Of a stretch of 63,353 bases of DNA, positions 29,300 through 38,956 are shown piece by piece. Position 1 is the first letter of the stretch. Each line of letters begins with the position of its first letter. A program made the translations under genes and the position numbers. The stretch covers positions 67,828 to 131,180 of the forward strand of contig JAZQTD010000048.1 of assembly GCA_045630455.1 (NCBI GenBank), given 5' to 3'. Origin of the DNA: Candidatus Enterousia sp. (GTDB lineage: Bacteria; Pseudomonadota; Alphaproteobacteria; Rs-D84). The notes beneath the pieces are model-generated. The model saw nothing but the letters and a program-made list of their open reading frames with translations. It made no database searches and had not been told where the DNA came from.

Positions 29300-30016
29300 A
29301 TGAGTGGACACAGTAAATGGCATAACATCCAACATAAAAAAGGCGCAGCGGACGCTGCACGCAGTGGATTATTTACAAAATTGGCACGTGAAATTACAAT
29401 GGCGGCAAAACTGGGGGATAAAAATCCAGATAATAACCCACGTTTGCGCTTGGCTATTTTAACAGCACGCAAGAACTCTATGCCGAACGACAATATTAAA
29501 CGCGCAATTGAAAAAGCATCTGGCGCAAACACAGAAAGTTATGAAGCCGTTCGCTATGAAGGATATGGCCCGGGTGCAGTGCCTGTTATCGTGGAAGCCT
29601 TGACCGACAATCCACGCCGTACAGTGCCAGAAATCCGCAATATCTTTGGTAAAAACGGTGGCAATATGGGCGAAGAAGGTTCTGTTGTATTTATGTTCAC
29701 ACGCGCAGGTCAGATTATGTACCCTGCCTCTATCGGCAAAACCGAAGATGAAATGATGGAAATCATTATGGATGCAAATGCGGACAATCTGGAAACAAGC
29801 GAAGAAGGCTTTATTATCACAACAAAACCAGAAGATTTTATCAACGCACAGAAGTTCTTGGCGGATAAACTGGGTGAGCCAGAACAGGCAGAATTAACCT
29901 GGATTCCAAATATGCCAATGGATTTAGATGACGAAGCATATGCAAAACTGGAAAAATTGGTTGATGCGTTGGATGCAAATGACGACGTTCAGAAAGTATT
30001 CACCGCCGCCGCATAA
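29300..30016 (+). CDS. yebC: YebC/PmpR family protein
   Basis: MSGHSKWHNIQHKK, NPRLR, YEGYGPG, DDVQKV; start corrected to ATG 29300. Confidence 0.95.
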   Translation: MSGHSKWHNIQHKKGAADAARSGLFTKLAREITMAAKLGDKNPDNNPRLRLAILTARKNSMPNDNIKRAIEKASGANTESYEAVRYEGYGPGAVPVIVEALTDNPRRTVPEIRNIFGKNGGNMGEEGSVVFMFTRAGQIMYPASIGKTEDEMMEIIMDANADNLETSEEGFIITTKPEDFINAQKFLADKLGEPEQAELTWIPNMPMDLDDEAYAKLEKLVDALDANDDVQKVFTAAA

Positions 30017-30038
30017 AATTTAAATACAATAAGTTAAT

Positions 30039-30063
30039 AAAAAATCCCGCTATCAGCGGGATT
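30039..30063. terminator. Intrinsic terminator
   Basis: AATCCCGCT-ATC-AGCGGGATT between convergent genes. Confidence 0.7.
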
Positions 30064-30071
30064 ATTATTTT

Positions 30072-30746
30072 TTAGAAGCCTTTTGGCTTTTCCATTTTTA
30101 CTTTGGATACTTTTTTATCCAATGCTTTTACAACTTCGTCTGTGATATCCAGGTTTTTTGCATCTGCACCAATACGTGCAAAACGACCATCAACAACTAA
30201 AGACAATTTCTTTTTTGCGATTATGCCTTCGATAATTGGATCCAAGTGTTTTGTTTGAACTTCGTTTAATGCTTTCTGGAAAGACATTTCGATGCTTTGT
30301 GCACGTTCTGTCAAATCGCGTTGTAATTCATTTACGCGACCTTGGTAATCAACAACGCGACGTTGTAACGCTTCGCGTGAAAGAACGTCTTGGGATTTTT
30401 CGATTTCAGTTTTTTCTTTTTCCAGTTCTTTCTGACGTTTTGTTAGTTCATCGCGCAGTTTTGATTCATAGTTTTCTTTCTGTTTGCGCAAATCCTGTAA
30501 GGCTGCTGCGTCTGTCTGTATTGCATCCATACGGATAACCGCCATACGTAAGTCAGCCGCATTTGCTGCATCATTCGATACCAGTTCCATTGATTCTTCG
30601 ACGCTTGCGCCAGAATTTCCGTTCAGTGCAGATACCAACCATGCACCACCAGCTGCAACTGCAATAACAATTGCAGCAATAATACCAATTTTAGCATAGT
30701 TCTTGGTTGCTGGATTTGAATTTGTTTTTGTAGTCATTTTTTCCAT
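30072..30746 (-). CDS. OmpH/Skp family chaperone
   Basis: N-terminal hydrophobic helix, long coiled coil, LSREA, LDITDEVVKALD. Confidence 0.85.
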   Translation of the reverse strand: MEKMTTKTNSNPATKNYAKIGIIAAIVIAVAAGGAWLVSALNGNSGASVEESMELVSNDAANAADLRMAVIRMDAIQTDAAALQDLRKQKENYESKLRDELTKRQKELEKEKTEIEKSQDVLSREALQRRVVDYQGRVNELQRDLTERAQSIEMSFQKALNEVQTKHLDPIIEGIIAKKKLSLVVDGRFARIGADAKNLDITDEVVKALDKKVSKVKMEKPKGF

Positions 30747-30812
30747 CCTTTTGTTTTTTTATGTTTTAGCAATTCAACTATAACAATAAAAAATATAAAT
30801 GGAAAGGGAAAG

Positions 30813-31490
30813 TTATCTTGCGGGTGCAATACGTAATTCAACGCGACGATTGGTCAGGCGACCGATATCATCTTGGGCGGCGATTGGGCGTGTTGAGCCA
30901 CGACCAACAATAAATATACGTGTGGTATTTATTCCTTGTTGGCTAAAATACACGCCGACACGTTGCGCCATATCCGTCGACAGTGCATTTGACGCGGTTG
31001 TATTTTGCATTGCATCGGTATAGCCCGCGATTTCGATAAATGTCGCATCGTATTTTTTCAGAATTTTACTGATTGTTTTCAGTGTGTCATCACCAGTTTC
31101 AGATATTTGCGCCACATTTAATTCCATAATCGCATCACGAACCAAGATAACCACAACCTCGGATCCGGCGCGCTGTACAGAAATGCCTGGCTTACGCAAA
31201 GCGTCATAAAGTGCAAATTCCAGTTCGGACATATATTGCAGAATGCGTGCGTTGTCGTTTGTTAATTTGTCGCCATATTCAGATGTCGGTTTTGTAACAT
31301 CGTCGCTAAGAATCAGTCGCCCGCCCGCACCCATATAAACAGGACGTTTAGCAACGCGTGCAGTATCTGTCATATCTGTAAAACTGGCCCCGTTCAGGTA
31401 TTGCATCCACGTAGTGCGTTCGGGGCTGACGTACGGTGCGCATGCCCCCAGAAAAAACACTAAAATCCAAGACGCAATTTGTTTACACAT
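30813..31490 (-). CDS. OmpA-family peptidoglycan-binding lipoprotein
   Basis: Lipobox LGAC; IAGYTD, N.ALS, GRGSTRPIA, NRRVELRI. Confidence 0.85.
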   Translation of the reverse strand: MCKQIASWILVFFLGACAPYVSPERTTWMQYLNGASFTDMTDTARVAKRPVYMGAGGRLILSDDVTKPTSEYGDKLTNDNARILQYMSELEFALYDALRKPGISVQRAGSEVVVILVRDAIMELNVAQISETGDDTLKTISKILKKYDATFIEIAGYTDAMQNTTASNALSTDMAQRVGVYFSQQGINTTRIFIVGRGSTRPIAAQDDIGRLTNRRVELRIAPAR

Positions 31491-31952
31491 TTATTCCACA
31501 ATAAATGATATTTGATTTGTTGGTGTTGAAAAGCATGGGTCTGAACTGTTCATAACTTCGTATCCATTGACCAGAATGTTTTTAGCCCAGGTTGGTTTCG
31601 CTGTTACAAAATAAGAACATTCGCCTTGGGTTAAATCTGTTAAATTAATTGAAAAAGATTCGCCATCTGTACTGGCGGTAACAGACCAGTTGTCGCCCCC
31701 CAGTGGTGCTTTGTCAGACTTTAATGCGCCGGCTTTGATTAAATAGTCGACCGATATTCCCGAATAGTCACCACGCATTTCCAGTAATAATTTTACATCA
31801 CCTGCAATTTGCTCCAGTTGCGATGTTGCAATCGTGCGCGCATTGTTTTCGCGCATCATACGATACATACCAATTGCTGCCGCCGTCATTACTGTGCCGA
31901 TTGCAATAACGCCAACAATTTCAATCAAAGAACGCCCAGATTCATATCTCAT
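31491..31952 (-). CDS. Type IV pilin, PilS/type IVb-like
   Basis: Class III signal peptide ESG|RSLIEIVGVIAIG; P.GG..SV...SFSI.L..L...EC region with a C-terminal Cys pair. Confidence 0.8.
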   Translation of the reverse strand: MRYESGRSLIEIVGVIAIGTVMTAAAIGMYRMMRENNARTIATSQLEQIAGDVKLLLEMRGDYSGISVDYLIKAGALKSDKAPLGGDNWSVTASTDGESFSINLTDLTQGECSYFVTAKPTWAKNILVNGYEVMNSSDPCFSTPTNQISFIVE

Positions 31953-33502
31953 TATTTCACTCCTACTATTTCTGCGTTTTCAAATAAGCTCATTGCGCTG
32001 GCAATCATTGGGTCTGCCGCTAATTCTTCTTGTTTTTGTTCTGTGACGGTATGTGCGTGCACAGATTCGACCGCGCGTTCCAGTTGCCATTGCTTGCCCG
32101 TTTTGTCCATTAACCACACGCCCAAACGTACCGCGAAGTCTGCATCACCTTTGCGATCAAAATATTTGATTTTTCCGTCTGTGATTTCTGCAACTTCGAT
32201 ATTGCTTGAATAGTATGAATACAATAATATCTCTTTGGATTCTTGCAGCATTTGCGCCAATTCCATAGCGTTTGTGATTTTTGGTTTTTCTGGTGTTGCG
32301 GGTGCTTCTGGGCGATTGTTCAGTGCCTCTTTAATCGCACCAACATTTGGACGTAGTGTGTCGTTATGTTTCATCAGTTCTGCAACAGTTGGCATATCTG
32401 CAACATGCATCATACGAACAATCAGCATATCAAAGCACTGTTTTTGATTGCTGCTGGCCTGCATTTCTGGGACGGCGGCAACCATAACCTGCCATATACG
32501 GGACAGGGTATTCAGTGTCGCTGTCTTATTAATTTCACGAATCTGATTGCGCTGGTCTGCGGTGTATGGTGAATTAGTCACGTCGCCTGCGTGCAAACTT
32601 GGGTGCATGCGTGTTGCCCAGTGTGTCCATTCCATCATATCCAGCAACAACATCGATAAATCTGCGCCGTTGTTATAAATCTGGTCAACCTTGTCCAGTG
32701 CCGCCGCCGTATTTCCGGATAAAACAGTTTTCATAAAGTCAACGACAACACCGCGGTCGGCGCGCTTTAACATATCCAGCACCGCTGCTTCATCAACGTG
32801 ACCGCCGGTTTGTGCAATTGCCTGGTCTAGCAAAGATAATCCGTCACGTACAGAACCGTCTGCCGCACGTGCCAATAATTCATTTGCGCTGTCTGATAAT
32901 TCGACCTGTTCCTGGGCGGCGACCCATGCAAAATGCTTTTTCAGTGTATCAACCGGTACGCGCATTAAATCAAAACGCTGACAACGAGATAAAATAGTAA
33001 CCGGTACTTTTCTGATTTCTGTTGTAGCCAAGATGAATATAACGTGTGCAGGAGGTTCTTCTAGTGTTTTCAGCAGTGCGTTAAATGCACTGGTTGATAA
33101 CATATGAACTTCGTCAATAATGTAAACCTTGTATCGACCATTTGTTGGACGATATTGCGCCGCGTCCAAAATGTCGCGCATATTATCCACGCCTGTGTGT
33201 GAAGCTGCGTCAATTTCCATAACGTCGATATGTTGCCCCGCTGCAATAGATTTGCAGTTTTCACACATACCACACGGCGAAGGTGTTGCAGTATCAGATG
33301 ATAAACAGTTCAAAGCCTTGGCCAGAATACGTGCCGTACTGGTTTTACCAGTTCCACGAATGCCGGTAAAAATATATGCGTGTGCAATACGCCCAGTGTT
33401 AATCGCTGTGGTTAATGTTTTGACCAAAACATCCTGACCGATAAGGGTTTGAAAATCTTGACTGCGGTATTTGCGCGCTAAAACGGTATAGTTGCTATCC
33501 AT
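31952..33502 (-). CDS. dnaX: DNA polymerase III subunit gamma/tau
   Basis: YTVLARKYR, GIRGTGKTS, zinc Cys cluster, IDEVHML, SRCQRF; start at MDSNY. Confidence 0.97.
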   Translation of the reverse strand: MDSNYTVLARKYRSQDFQTLIGQDVLVKTLTTAINTGRIAHAYIFTGIRGTGKTSTARILAKALNCLSSDTATPSPCGMCENCKSIAAGQHIDVMEIDAASHTGVDNMRDILDAAQYRPTNGRYKVYIIDEVHMLSTSAFNALLKTLEEPPAHVIFILATTEIRKVPVTILSRCQRFDLMRVPVDTLKKHFAWVAAQEQVELSDSANELLARAADGSVRDGLSLLDQAIAQTGGHVDEAAVLDMLKRADRGVVVDFMKTVLSGNTAAALDKVDQIYNNGADLSMLLLDMMEWTHWATRMHPSLHAGDVTNSPYTADQRNQIREINKTATLNTLSRIWQVMVAAVPEMQASSNQKQCFDMLIVRMMHVADMPTVAELMKHNDTLRPNVGAIKEALNNRPEAPATPEKPKITNAMELAQMLQESKEILLYSYYSSNIEVAEITDGKIKYFDRKGDADFAVRLGVWLMDKTGKQWQLERAVESVHAHTVTEQKQEELAADPMIASAMSLFENAEIVGVK

Positions 33503-33582
33503 ACTAAAACTTCCTTTTGGTATACAATAGCAAACCAGCATCAAATTTCAACAAATAAAGTACGAAAAAAGTACGATTTTTA

Positions 33583-33897
33583 TTAAGTTAGGTTCGTAAT
33601 AAAATCAGGAAACGGATTTTCTTCTTCGTCTTCTTTGTCGGCGGTGTTGTTTGCCTCAGCCTCAGCAATAGCTTTTTCAGCGGCAGCTTTTTCTTTGCTG
33701 TCACGGCTGGAATCGATTTTACCTTGTTCGCTGTTTACCATACGGCCATAGTGTTCTGCGGCCTGTAACAAGCGTTCGCGTTCGATTTCATCAGCGGTCT
33801 GACGTGCTTGGTCAATATATTGTTTTCTTTTTTGACGCCATTTATGACAACGTTGAATCATTTGTCCGACATTGGATTGATTTTTTTTATTTTGCAT
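33583..33897 (-). CDS. DUF4167-like protein
   Basis: YIDQAR...E..LQAAEHYGRMV resembles the alphaproteobacterial DUF4167 motif; acidic tail ending PDF. Confidence 0.6.
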   Translation of the reverse strand: MQNKKNQSNVGQMIQRCHKWRQKRKQYIDQARQTADEIERERLLQAAEHYGRMVNSEQGKIDSSRDSKEKAAAEKAIAEAEANNTADKEDEEENPFPDFITNLT

Positions 33898-34052
33898 ATT
33901 TTTTTCTTTGTTATTTGGAAAGTTTTTTCTCTATCAGTTTCACATAAAAACTGAAATCAACGAATTAGATGTTAGTTCATCTGAAAACTGATTGCAATAT
34001 TTTTTTTCAATTGCTATTCTTGAGTATAAGTAGGAGGGGGTAGTTTTTAAAA

Positions 34053-35408
34053 TTGCGTAAACAATCTGGTAATTTTTTAGTCCAAGCATTATTAGCGTTA
34101 ACGCTGATATTCGCGTTTATACCATTTGTAGCATCCCAGTTGGCAGCGCGCAATGTTGATGCGCAAATGTTTGCCACCACCCGCCAGATTAATAATGCCA
34201 CCACAGCAGCGCGTATATTTATTCGTGAAAATGCGCGTCATATTTCGTACGGTCAGACAATTGTTGCAAGCGATGATTTTGCGGATATGTTGGAACCATA
34301 TGGGTTGCCATTGGGGTTTGTACCGCGTACCGCCCTAGGCCAGGATATAATTCTGGTCATCAATAAAAATTCAACAGATATTTCGGCGTATCTGGATGTA
34401 ACAGGGGGTAATTTGTCAGAGTTAAGTCTGGCCGAATTAGTACGCCGAATCGGATTTTATGCGTCTGCGATTGATGGTGGTGTGCGTGTTGGGGTTGTGT
34501 TAACGGATGATTATTCTGATATTGTTCGTCGTAATGAGACGAATTTGGATAACAGTGGCTTTTTAACTAATATTGACGTTGGTGGATTTGCGTTTACAGG
34601 TGCGGGTGATGTATTTGCATCACGTGGCGAATTTGTGTCTGGTCAGTTTACGACGCTAACGATTGTTGGTACAGAGTCTGGGCGTAAATTACAAAATGAC
34701 ATAAAAAATATTACTGCGAACAAAACTGTTTTTCAAAGTCGTACGGGCGAAGCGGCATTTGCGTTGTCGCGTGGCACATTAAAATTGGGGTCGCTGGATG
34801 CGCGTACGGTTTCTAAGTTCGGAGACACCGGTAATTTTGAGGCTAATTCTGCTGCGATTTATGATTTTTCGATGACAGCTGGGCGTACTGCATTTACAGG
34901 GCCTGCAAAATGGAATATTCATGGTAATGTAGTAACAAATAAAATTAACCTTAGTGTTGAACGTCTGGATATAGATTCATATCTGAATGTTACCCGTGGC
35001 CAGGATGTGTTTATAGACTCTAATACGCTGGAATATAATACTAAAAGTGGGATTGAGACATCGACTATTTATGCATCAAATATTACGGTGCGCGATCAAA
35101 CGTCCCATGGGCTTTCTGGTGGGGCTGGCGGTGCAACAATTCTTGATATTCGTCCAGCGGGGACTTCGCTGTTACCAGATGTTTTGGTTGATTCGATTAA
35201 TAATGATAGTTTTAAAATCCTTAAAGCCTCCAACGCAGATAATGGCGATACCGTAACCTGCAAAGATATTATTGTTGACTTTGGCGGTGTTTATAATTCT
35301 AAATCCTTGGCTCAGAATTTAATATGCCAATATGTTTTCTGGCAACGGTTGGAGCATAGAATAAAAATCAAAGAATGTTTAATGGCGGGTGGCAGTGACT
35401 GTATGTAA
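34053..35408 (+). CDS. Large prepilin, PilV/shufflon-N-like minor pilin (paralog 1)
   Basis: QSG|NFLVQALLAL; TAARIFIREN and YGLPLGF...LGQ resemble the PilV N-terminus; TTG start after a GGAGG-like RBS. Confidence 0.7.
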   Translation: MRKQSGNFLVQALLALTLIFAFIPFVASQLAARNVDAQMFATTRQINNATTAARIFIRENARHISYGQTIVASDDFADMLEPYGLPLGFVPRTALGQDIILVINKNSTDISAYLDVTGGNLSELSLAELVRRIGFYASAIDGGVRVGVVLTDDYSDIVRRNETNLDNSGFLTNIDVGGFAFTGAGDVFASRGEFVSGQFTTLTIVGTESGRKLQNDIKNITANKTVFQSRTGEAAFALSRGTLKLGSLDARTVSKFGDTGNFEANSAAIYDFSMTAGRTAFTGPAKWNIHGNVVTNKINLSVERLDIDSYLNVTRGQDVFIDSNTLEYNTKSGIETSTIYASNITVRDQTSHGLSGGAGGATILDIRPAGTSLLPDVLVDSINNDSFKILKASNADNGDTVTCKDIIVDFGGVYNSKSLAQNLICQYVFWQRLEHRIKIKECLMAGGSDCM

Positions 35409-36600
35409 GACGAAAATTTTTACTGATGAAAACCGTGGTGCTAGTGTACTGGAAGTGCTGCTGGCACTGGGGATTGTTGCGCTGGCGACCCCATTTGTGT
35501 ATAACCAGATTGCGCGTGGTACGCAATCGGTTCGCGATATTGCACACGCCCAGCAGATTATAAATGTTCGTGATGATGTTCTGAATTTTGTTCGTATGAA
35601 CCAAGATAACTGGCCAGATGTTGCGCAAATCAGATTGAATGAAGAGGAATTGCGTGCAATTTCTGATATGCCAGTTGCTGGATTGATTGATAAATATTCT
35701 GTTCGTGGCGCAACGATAACAGATGTTTATTTGGCGTATAAAATCGGTGATGATTTAATGGCTACATCCCGTATTGCGTCGCATATTGGGGCAGATGCAT
35801 CTGTTGTTGGCGAAGATGGGGTTGCGTATGGGGCTTCGTGGGCGGTTGCGGCTCCAGATTTTCATCCTGGTGATTTGATTTATCGTATTGCTCGTGATGT
35901 CGCAGGTAGCGATACATCGCGGTATTTGCATCGTGCAACCTCGGGCGAAGACGAACTGAATGTGATGTTTCGTGATTTTAATATGGGTGGATATAATGTT
36001 TATAACATAGCATCTGTGTTAGCGGATTCTGTACGCGCAAACAATGCGAATGCGTTTTTTGTAAATGCAAACGACATAACAGCCGAGAACGTATATTTTT
36101 CATCGGGCGCAAATATGGATGGCGGTGACGTTTTTATCAACAATATGCGTGTGTCTGGTGATATTACGGGGTTCAAGAATATTTATGCAGACAAAATGAA
36201 TGGTACGACATATACAACATCTGGGCGTATTATCGCAGACCGCGCCAAAGTATCAAAGTCCATAAATGTGTCACATGACTTGGTGTTAAAATCAGATTCA
36301 ACCAAGACAATCAGTGGTTTTACAGGTGTTTCAACTGGCTCGGTTTTTGCGCCGTTTTTATCCACCGAAGAAATTATTTTCTATGAAGATTTTGGGTTAA
36401 CTGTATCTGGTGAATTGTTAATGTCAACGTCTGCGCCATTACAGATTGGGCGTTGGGTGTTTCCATCAACGACTCCGCCAAAATTTAGCAAATTTAATAT
36501 AACACGTGCATCACTGCCAGATATGCCAAAGGTATCTGAATTTGATGCAATAATGAAATCAGGATGGATGCAAACAGAAACAATGGTGCCAACGGAATAA
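35389..36600 (+). CDS. Large prepilin, PilV/shufflon-N-like minor pilin (paralog 2)
   Basis: NRG|ASVLEVLLALG; YLHR...ELNVMFRDFNMGGYNVYNI. Confidence 0.72.
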   Translation: MAVTVCKTKIFTDENRGASVLEVLLALGIVALATPFVYNQIARGTQSVRDIAHAQQIINVRDDVLNFVRMNQDNWPDVAQIRLNEEELRAISDMPVAGLIDKYSVRGATITDVYLAYKIGDDLMATSRIASHIGADASVVGEDGVAYGASWAVAAPDFHPGDLIYRIARDVAGSDTSRYLHRATSGEDELNVMFRDFNMGGYNVYNIASVLADSVRANNANAFFVNANDITAENVYFSSGANMDGGDVFINNMRVSGDITGFKNIYADKMNGTTYTTSGRIIADRAKVSKSINVSHDLVLKSDSTKTISGFTGVSTGSVFAPFLSTEEIIFYEDFGLTVSGELLMSTSAPLQIGRWVFPSTTPPKFSKFNITRASLPDMPKVSEFDAIMKSGWMQTETMVPTE

Positions 36601-36601
36601 T

Positions 36602-37933
36602 ATGAAAAAACAAAACAGAATTTTCAAAGAATTTTTACACAATCCTATGCGTGGCAGTATGTTAGTTGAATTGCTGCTTAGTGTGGCGTTGGCTGCATTG
36701 GTTATACCGTTTATTTTTCAGTATCATCAAAACGCAGCAGTTCGCACTCAGAATATAGCAATCAGTGAAAATATGAAATCTGTTCAGAATGTTCTAGAAC
36801 GGTATATTGTTGAAAATCGTACTGAATTATTGCGCGCAGTTGGTAAAAATATAACGCGTGTGAATATAGAAGATTTGGCTGATTATGGTCTTTCGCCTGT
36901 GATTGTGCAAAATGCGGATAAATATCAGTTGCGTATATTAAAATCTACCGACACTACGGGCAGTGCAACTTTGCAAGGTGTCGTTGTTTACACTGCTCCA
37001 GATATTACACCAATTCGCACACGTGAAATCGTAAATATTGGTGGAAATAATATGGGATTTGTAGATGGTATGCGTGCCTATGGTGCGTATGGTGCGTGGC
37101 GCAACGATATGGTAGATATTGGAATCAGTGTCAGTGATGGGATAGTAGGAACAACGAATGTCAAACGTGATGCTGCATTATATATGTGGCGTATTCCGTC
37201 GGACGATACGAATGATGCCACAATGATGTCTCCATTGAATCTTGGTGGGCATGATATTATTAATGCTAAATTTTTTGATGCGTCCAGTCTGCAATTATCT
37301 GAAGATTTAACTGTAAAAACTGCGGTCGTGCGTGATTTGATTTTTCAAAATCGCACAGCGATTGATGCAGCATACACATCACAAAATGCAACGGTTGCAG
37401 GCGGTTTGTCTGCGGACGGTCGCACGATGGAAGTATCAGGTAAATTTTTATTAGGCGATGTTGGAAAGTTTTCGTCTTTCTCGGTCGGAGATTTATGGGT
37501 TGCAAATATGACACTGTCTGGTCTGTCGATTGAGGCGTATGATGATAATTATCGCGAACAGCCTGCGATATTAAAAGTTGCTGGTTCGTTGGATATGACG
37601 TCTGGGCGCATAGAATCTTTGTACACAACGGTTGGTTTTGCGGGTTCTATTACGCCGCGTTTAGTTGTGTACGATAGAATCGAAGATTCGCGCAATCCAG
37701 ATTATTACTGGGATATTGATTCTTTGTCTGCGAACTTTGCAGATGTTACATTGGCAGAATTAAATCGTCTGGCGGCATTAGCGGCGCATTTCGAAGGGGT
37801 GTCAGGTACAGACGCCAATGTGTTATTTGGTGGTGTGTCGGCAAATAAAAACGCAACAGCCGCAGATTTTATGAATGCACTGCGTGAAATTCAGACACGC
37901 GTGCGTACGAAATATCGCCTGTTGAAATTGTAA
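36602..37933 (+). CDS. Large prepilin, PilV/shufflon-N-like minor pilin (paralog 3)
   Basis: MRG|SMLVELLLSV; ERYIVEN, LQGVVV, GFVDG..AYGAYGAW, MMSPLNLGGHDI. Confidence 0.75.
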   Translation: MKKQNRIFKEFLHNPMRGSMLVELLLSVALAALVIPFIFQYHQNAAVRTQNIAISENMKSVQNVLERYIVENRTELLRAVGKNITRVNIEDLADYGLSPVIVQNADKYQLRILKSTDTTGSATLQGVVVYTAPDITPIRTREIVNIGGNNMGFVDGMRAYGAYGAWRNDMVDIGISVSDGIVGTTNVKRDAALYMWRIPSDDTNDATMMSPLNLGGHDIINAKFFDASSLQLSEDLTVKTAVVRDLIFQNRTAIDAAYTSQNATVAGGLSADGRTMEVSGKFLLGDVGKFSSFSVGDLWVANMTLSGLSIEAYDDNYREQPAILKVAGSLDMTSGRIESLYTTVGFAGSITPRLVVYDRIEDSRNPDYYWDIDSLSANFADVTLAELNRLAALAAHFEGVSGTDANVLFGGVSANKNATAADFMNALREIQTRVRTKYRLLKL

Positions 37934-37956
37934 TATTTTATGGTATAAATATCGAT

Positions 37957-38475
37957 ATGAAGATTATATGTGATTTTTGTAAAACAGAATATAATATGAC
38001 GGCACGTCCGGGCTCGGCGGTTCGTTGTGCAATTTGTGGTAATACTTGGACGGTTGCGGCGCCTGCGCGCAAGAATGCATTTTTAATGTTTTTTGCATCG
38101 CTTTGTGCATTGCTTTCTGTGATAATATTTGTGATTGCGGTGGTCGTCACGCATAAGCCAAACCCAGATCGTGATGCGCCATTGGTTGCCCGTGTGACGG
38201 GACATACGGTTGTAAAAAACGAAGACGGTGTGCGTCAATTGGTTGTGTCTGGGGTTGTTCAAAATCAGACTATGGATATTTATGGAATGCCGGATGTTAT
38301 GATTATTCTGCGTGATGCAGACGGACGCACTATTTCAGAGCAGAAATTTATGCCATCTGCGACCTTGATTGATGCGGGTGGTGTTTCGAATTTTAAATAT
38401 ACATTATCTGCGCCGGTAACATCGGATATTAAAAAGATTGATGTGCGATTGGTTGTTGATGGGGGGGCAAAATGA
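37957..38475 (+). CDS. Zinc-ribbon membrane protein (MJ0042-finger/DUF3426-like)
   Basis: CDFC..Y...VRCAICG..W, transmembrane helix, LVVSGVVQN...P.V.I.LRDADG. Confidence 0.8.
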   Translation: MKIICDFCKTEYNMTARPGSAVRCAICGNTWTVAAPARKNAFLMFFASLCALLSVIIFVIAVVVTHKPNPDRDAPLVARVTGHTVVKNEDGVRQLVVSGVVQNQTMDIYGMPDVMIILRDADGRTISEQKFMPSATLIDAGGVSNFKYTLSAPVTSDIKKIDVRLVVDGGAK

Positions 38476-38942
38476 TAAAGAAAATATCTGCGATATTGTT
38501 TGGTGTGTTTTTATTTGTACCTGCGTTTGCTGCGACAAGCGATGCGCCTACACAGCGCGTATCTATTTTTTCAACCAGCACCGATTGGCAGGCTGTCACC
38601 GGTCGCCTTTTGAACGAATATCACGGTACGTTTCGTGGTCGTTCGTCGTTAATTGGTCGTGGATTGATGTTGTATTATCTGGATGGTTTTCCATGCTATG
38701 GCTTAGGTGACAGTGTCCAGGCCTGGATTTCCCCAGACGGGACCAGTTCGCACCGCTTGCGCTTAGCTTGTATTGCGATGCCAAAAACGATAAGCTTTGC
38801 GTGGATTCATGCGTCACGTGATGCAGATGATACAACAACAACGGGGATTTTAACATGCGAAATAGACGGTGATGATGGGCGTGACTTTGAAATCGATTTG
38901 AATAAATGCGTTCGTGGCCCAGATTGGAAAGATTATAAATAA
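38472..38942 (+). CDS. Hypothetical secreted protein
   Basis: Signal peptide ending AFA; 4 Cys; ATGA overlap with the upstream gene. Confidence 0.65.
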   Translation: MIKKISAILFGVFLFVPAFAATSDAPTQRVSIFSTSTDWQAVTGRLLNEYHGTFRGRSSLIGRGLMLYYLDGFPCYGLGDSVQAWISPDGTSSHRLRLACIAMPKTISFAWIHASRDADDTTTTGILTCEIDGDDGRDFEIDLNKCVRGPDWKDYK

Positions 38943-38956
38943 GGGTTTTGTATTTT

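Noticed and set aside
34053-38942. Active shufflon (invertible PilV C-termini)
   Set aside because: No Rci-like recombinase, inverted partial cassettes or repeated sfx-like sites are visible. A lone GTGCCAA near 36587 is expected by chance.
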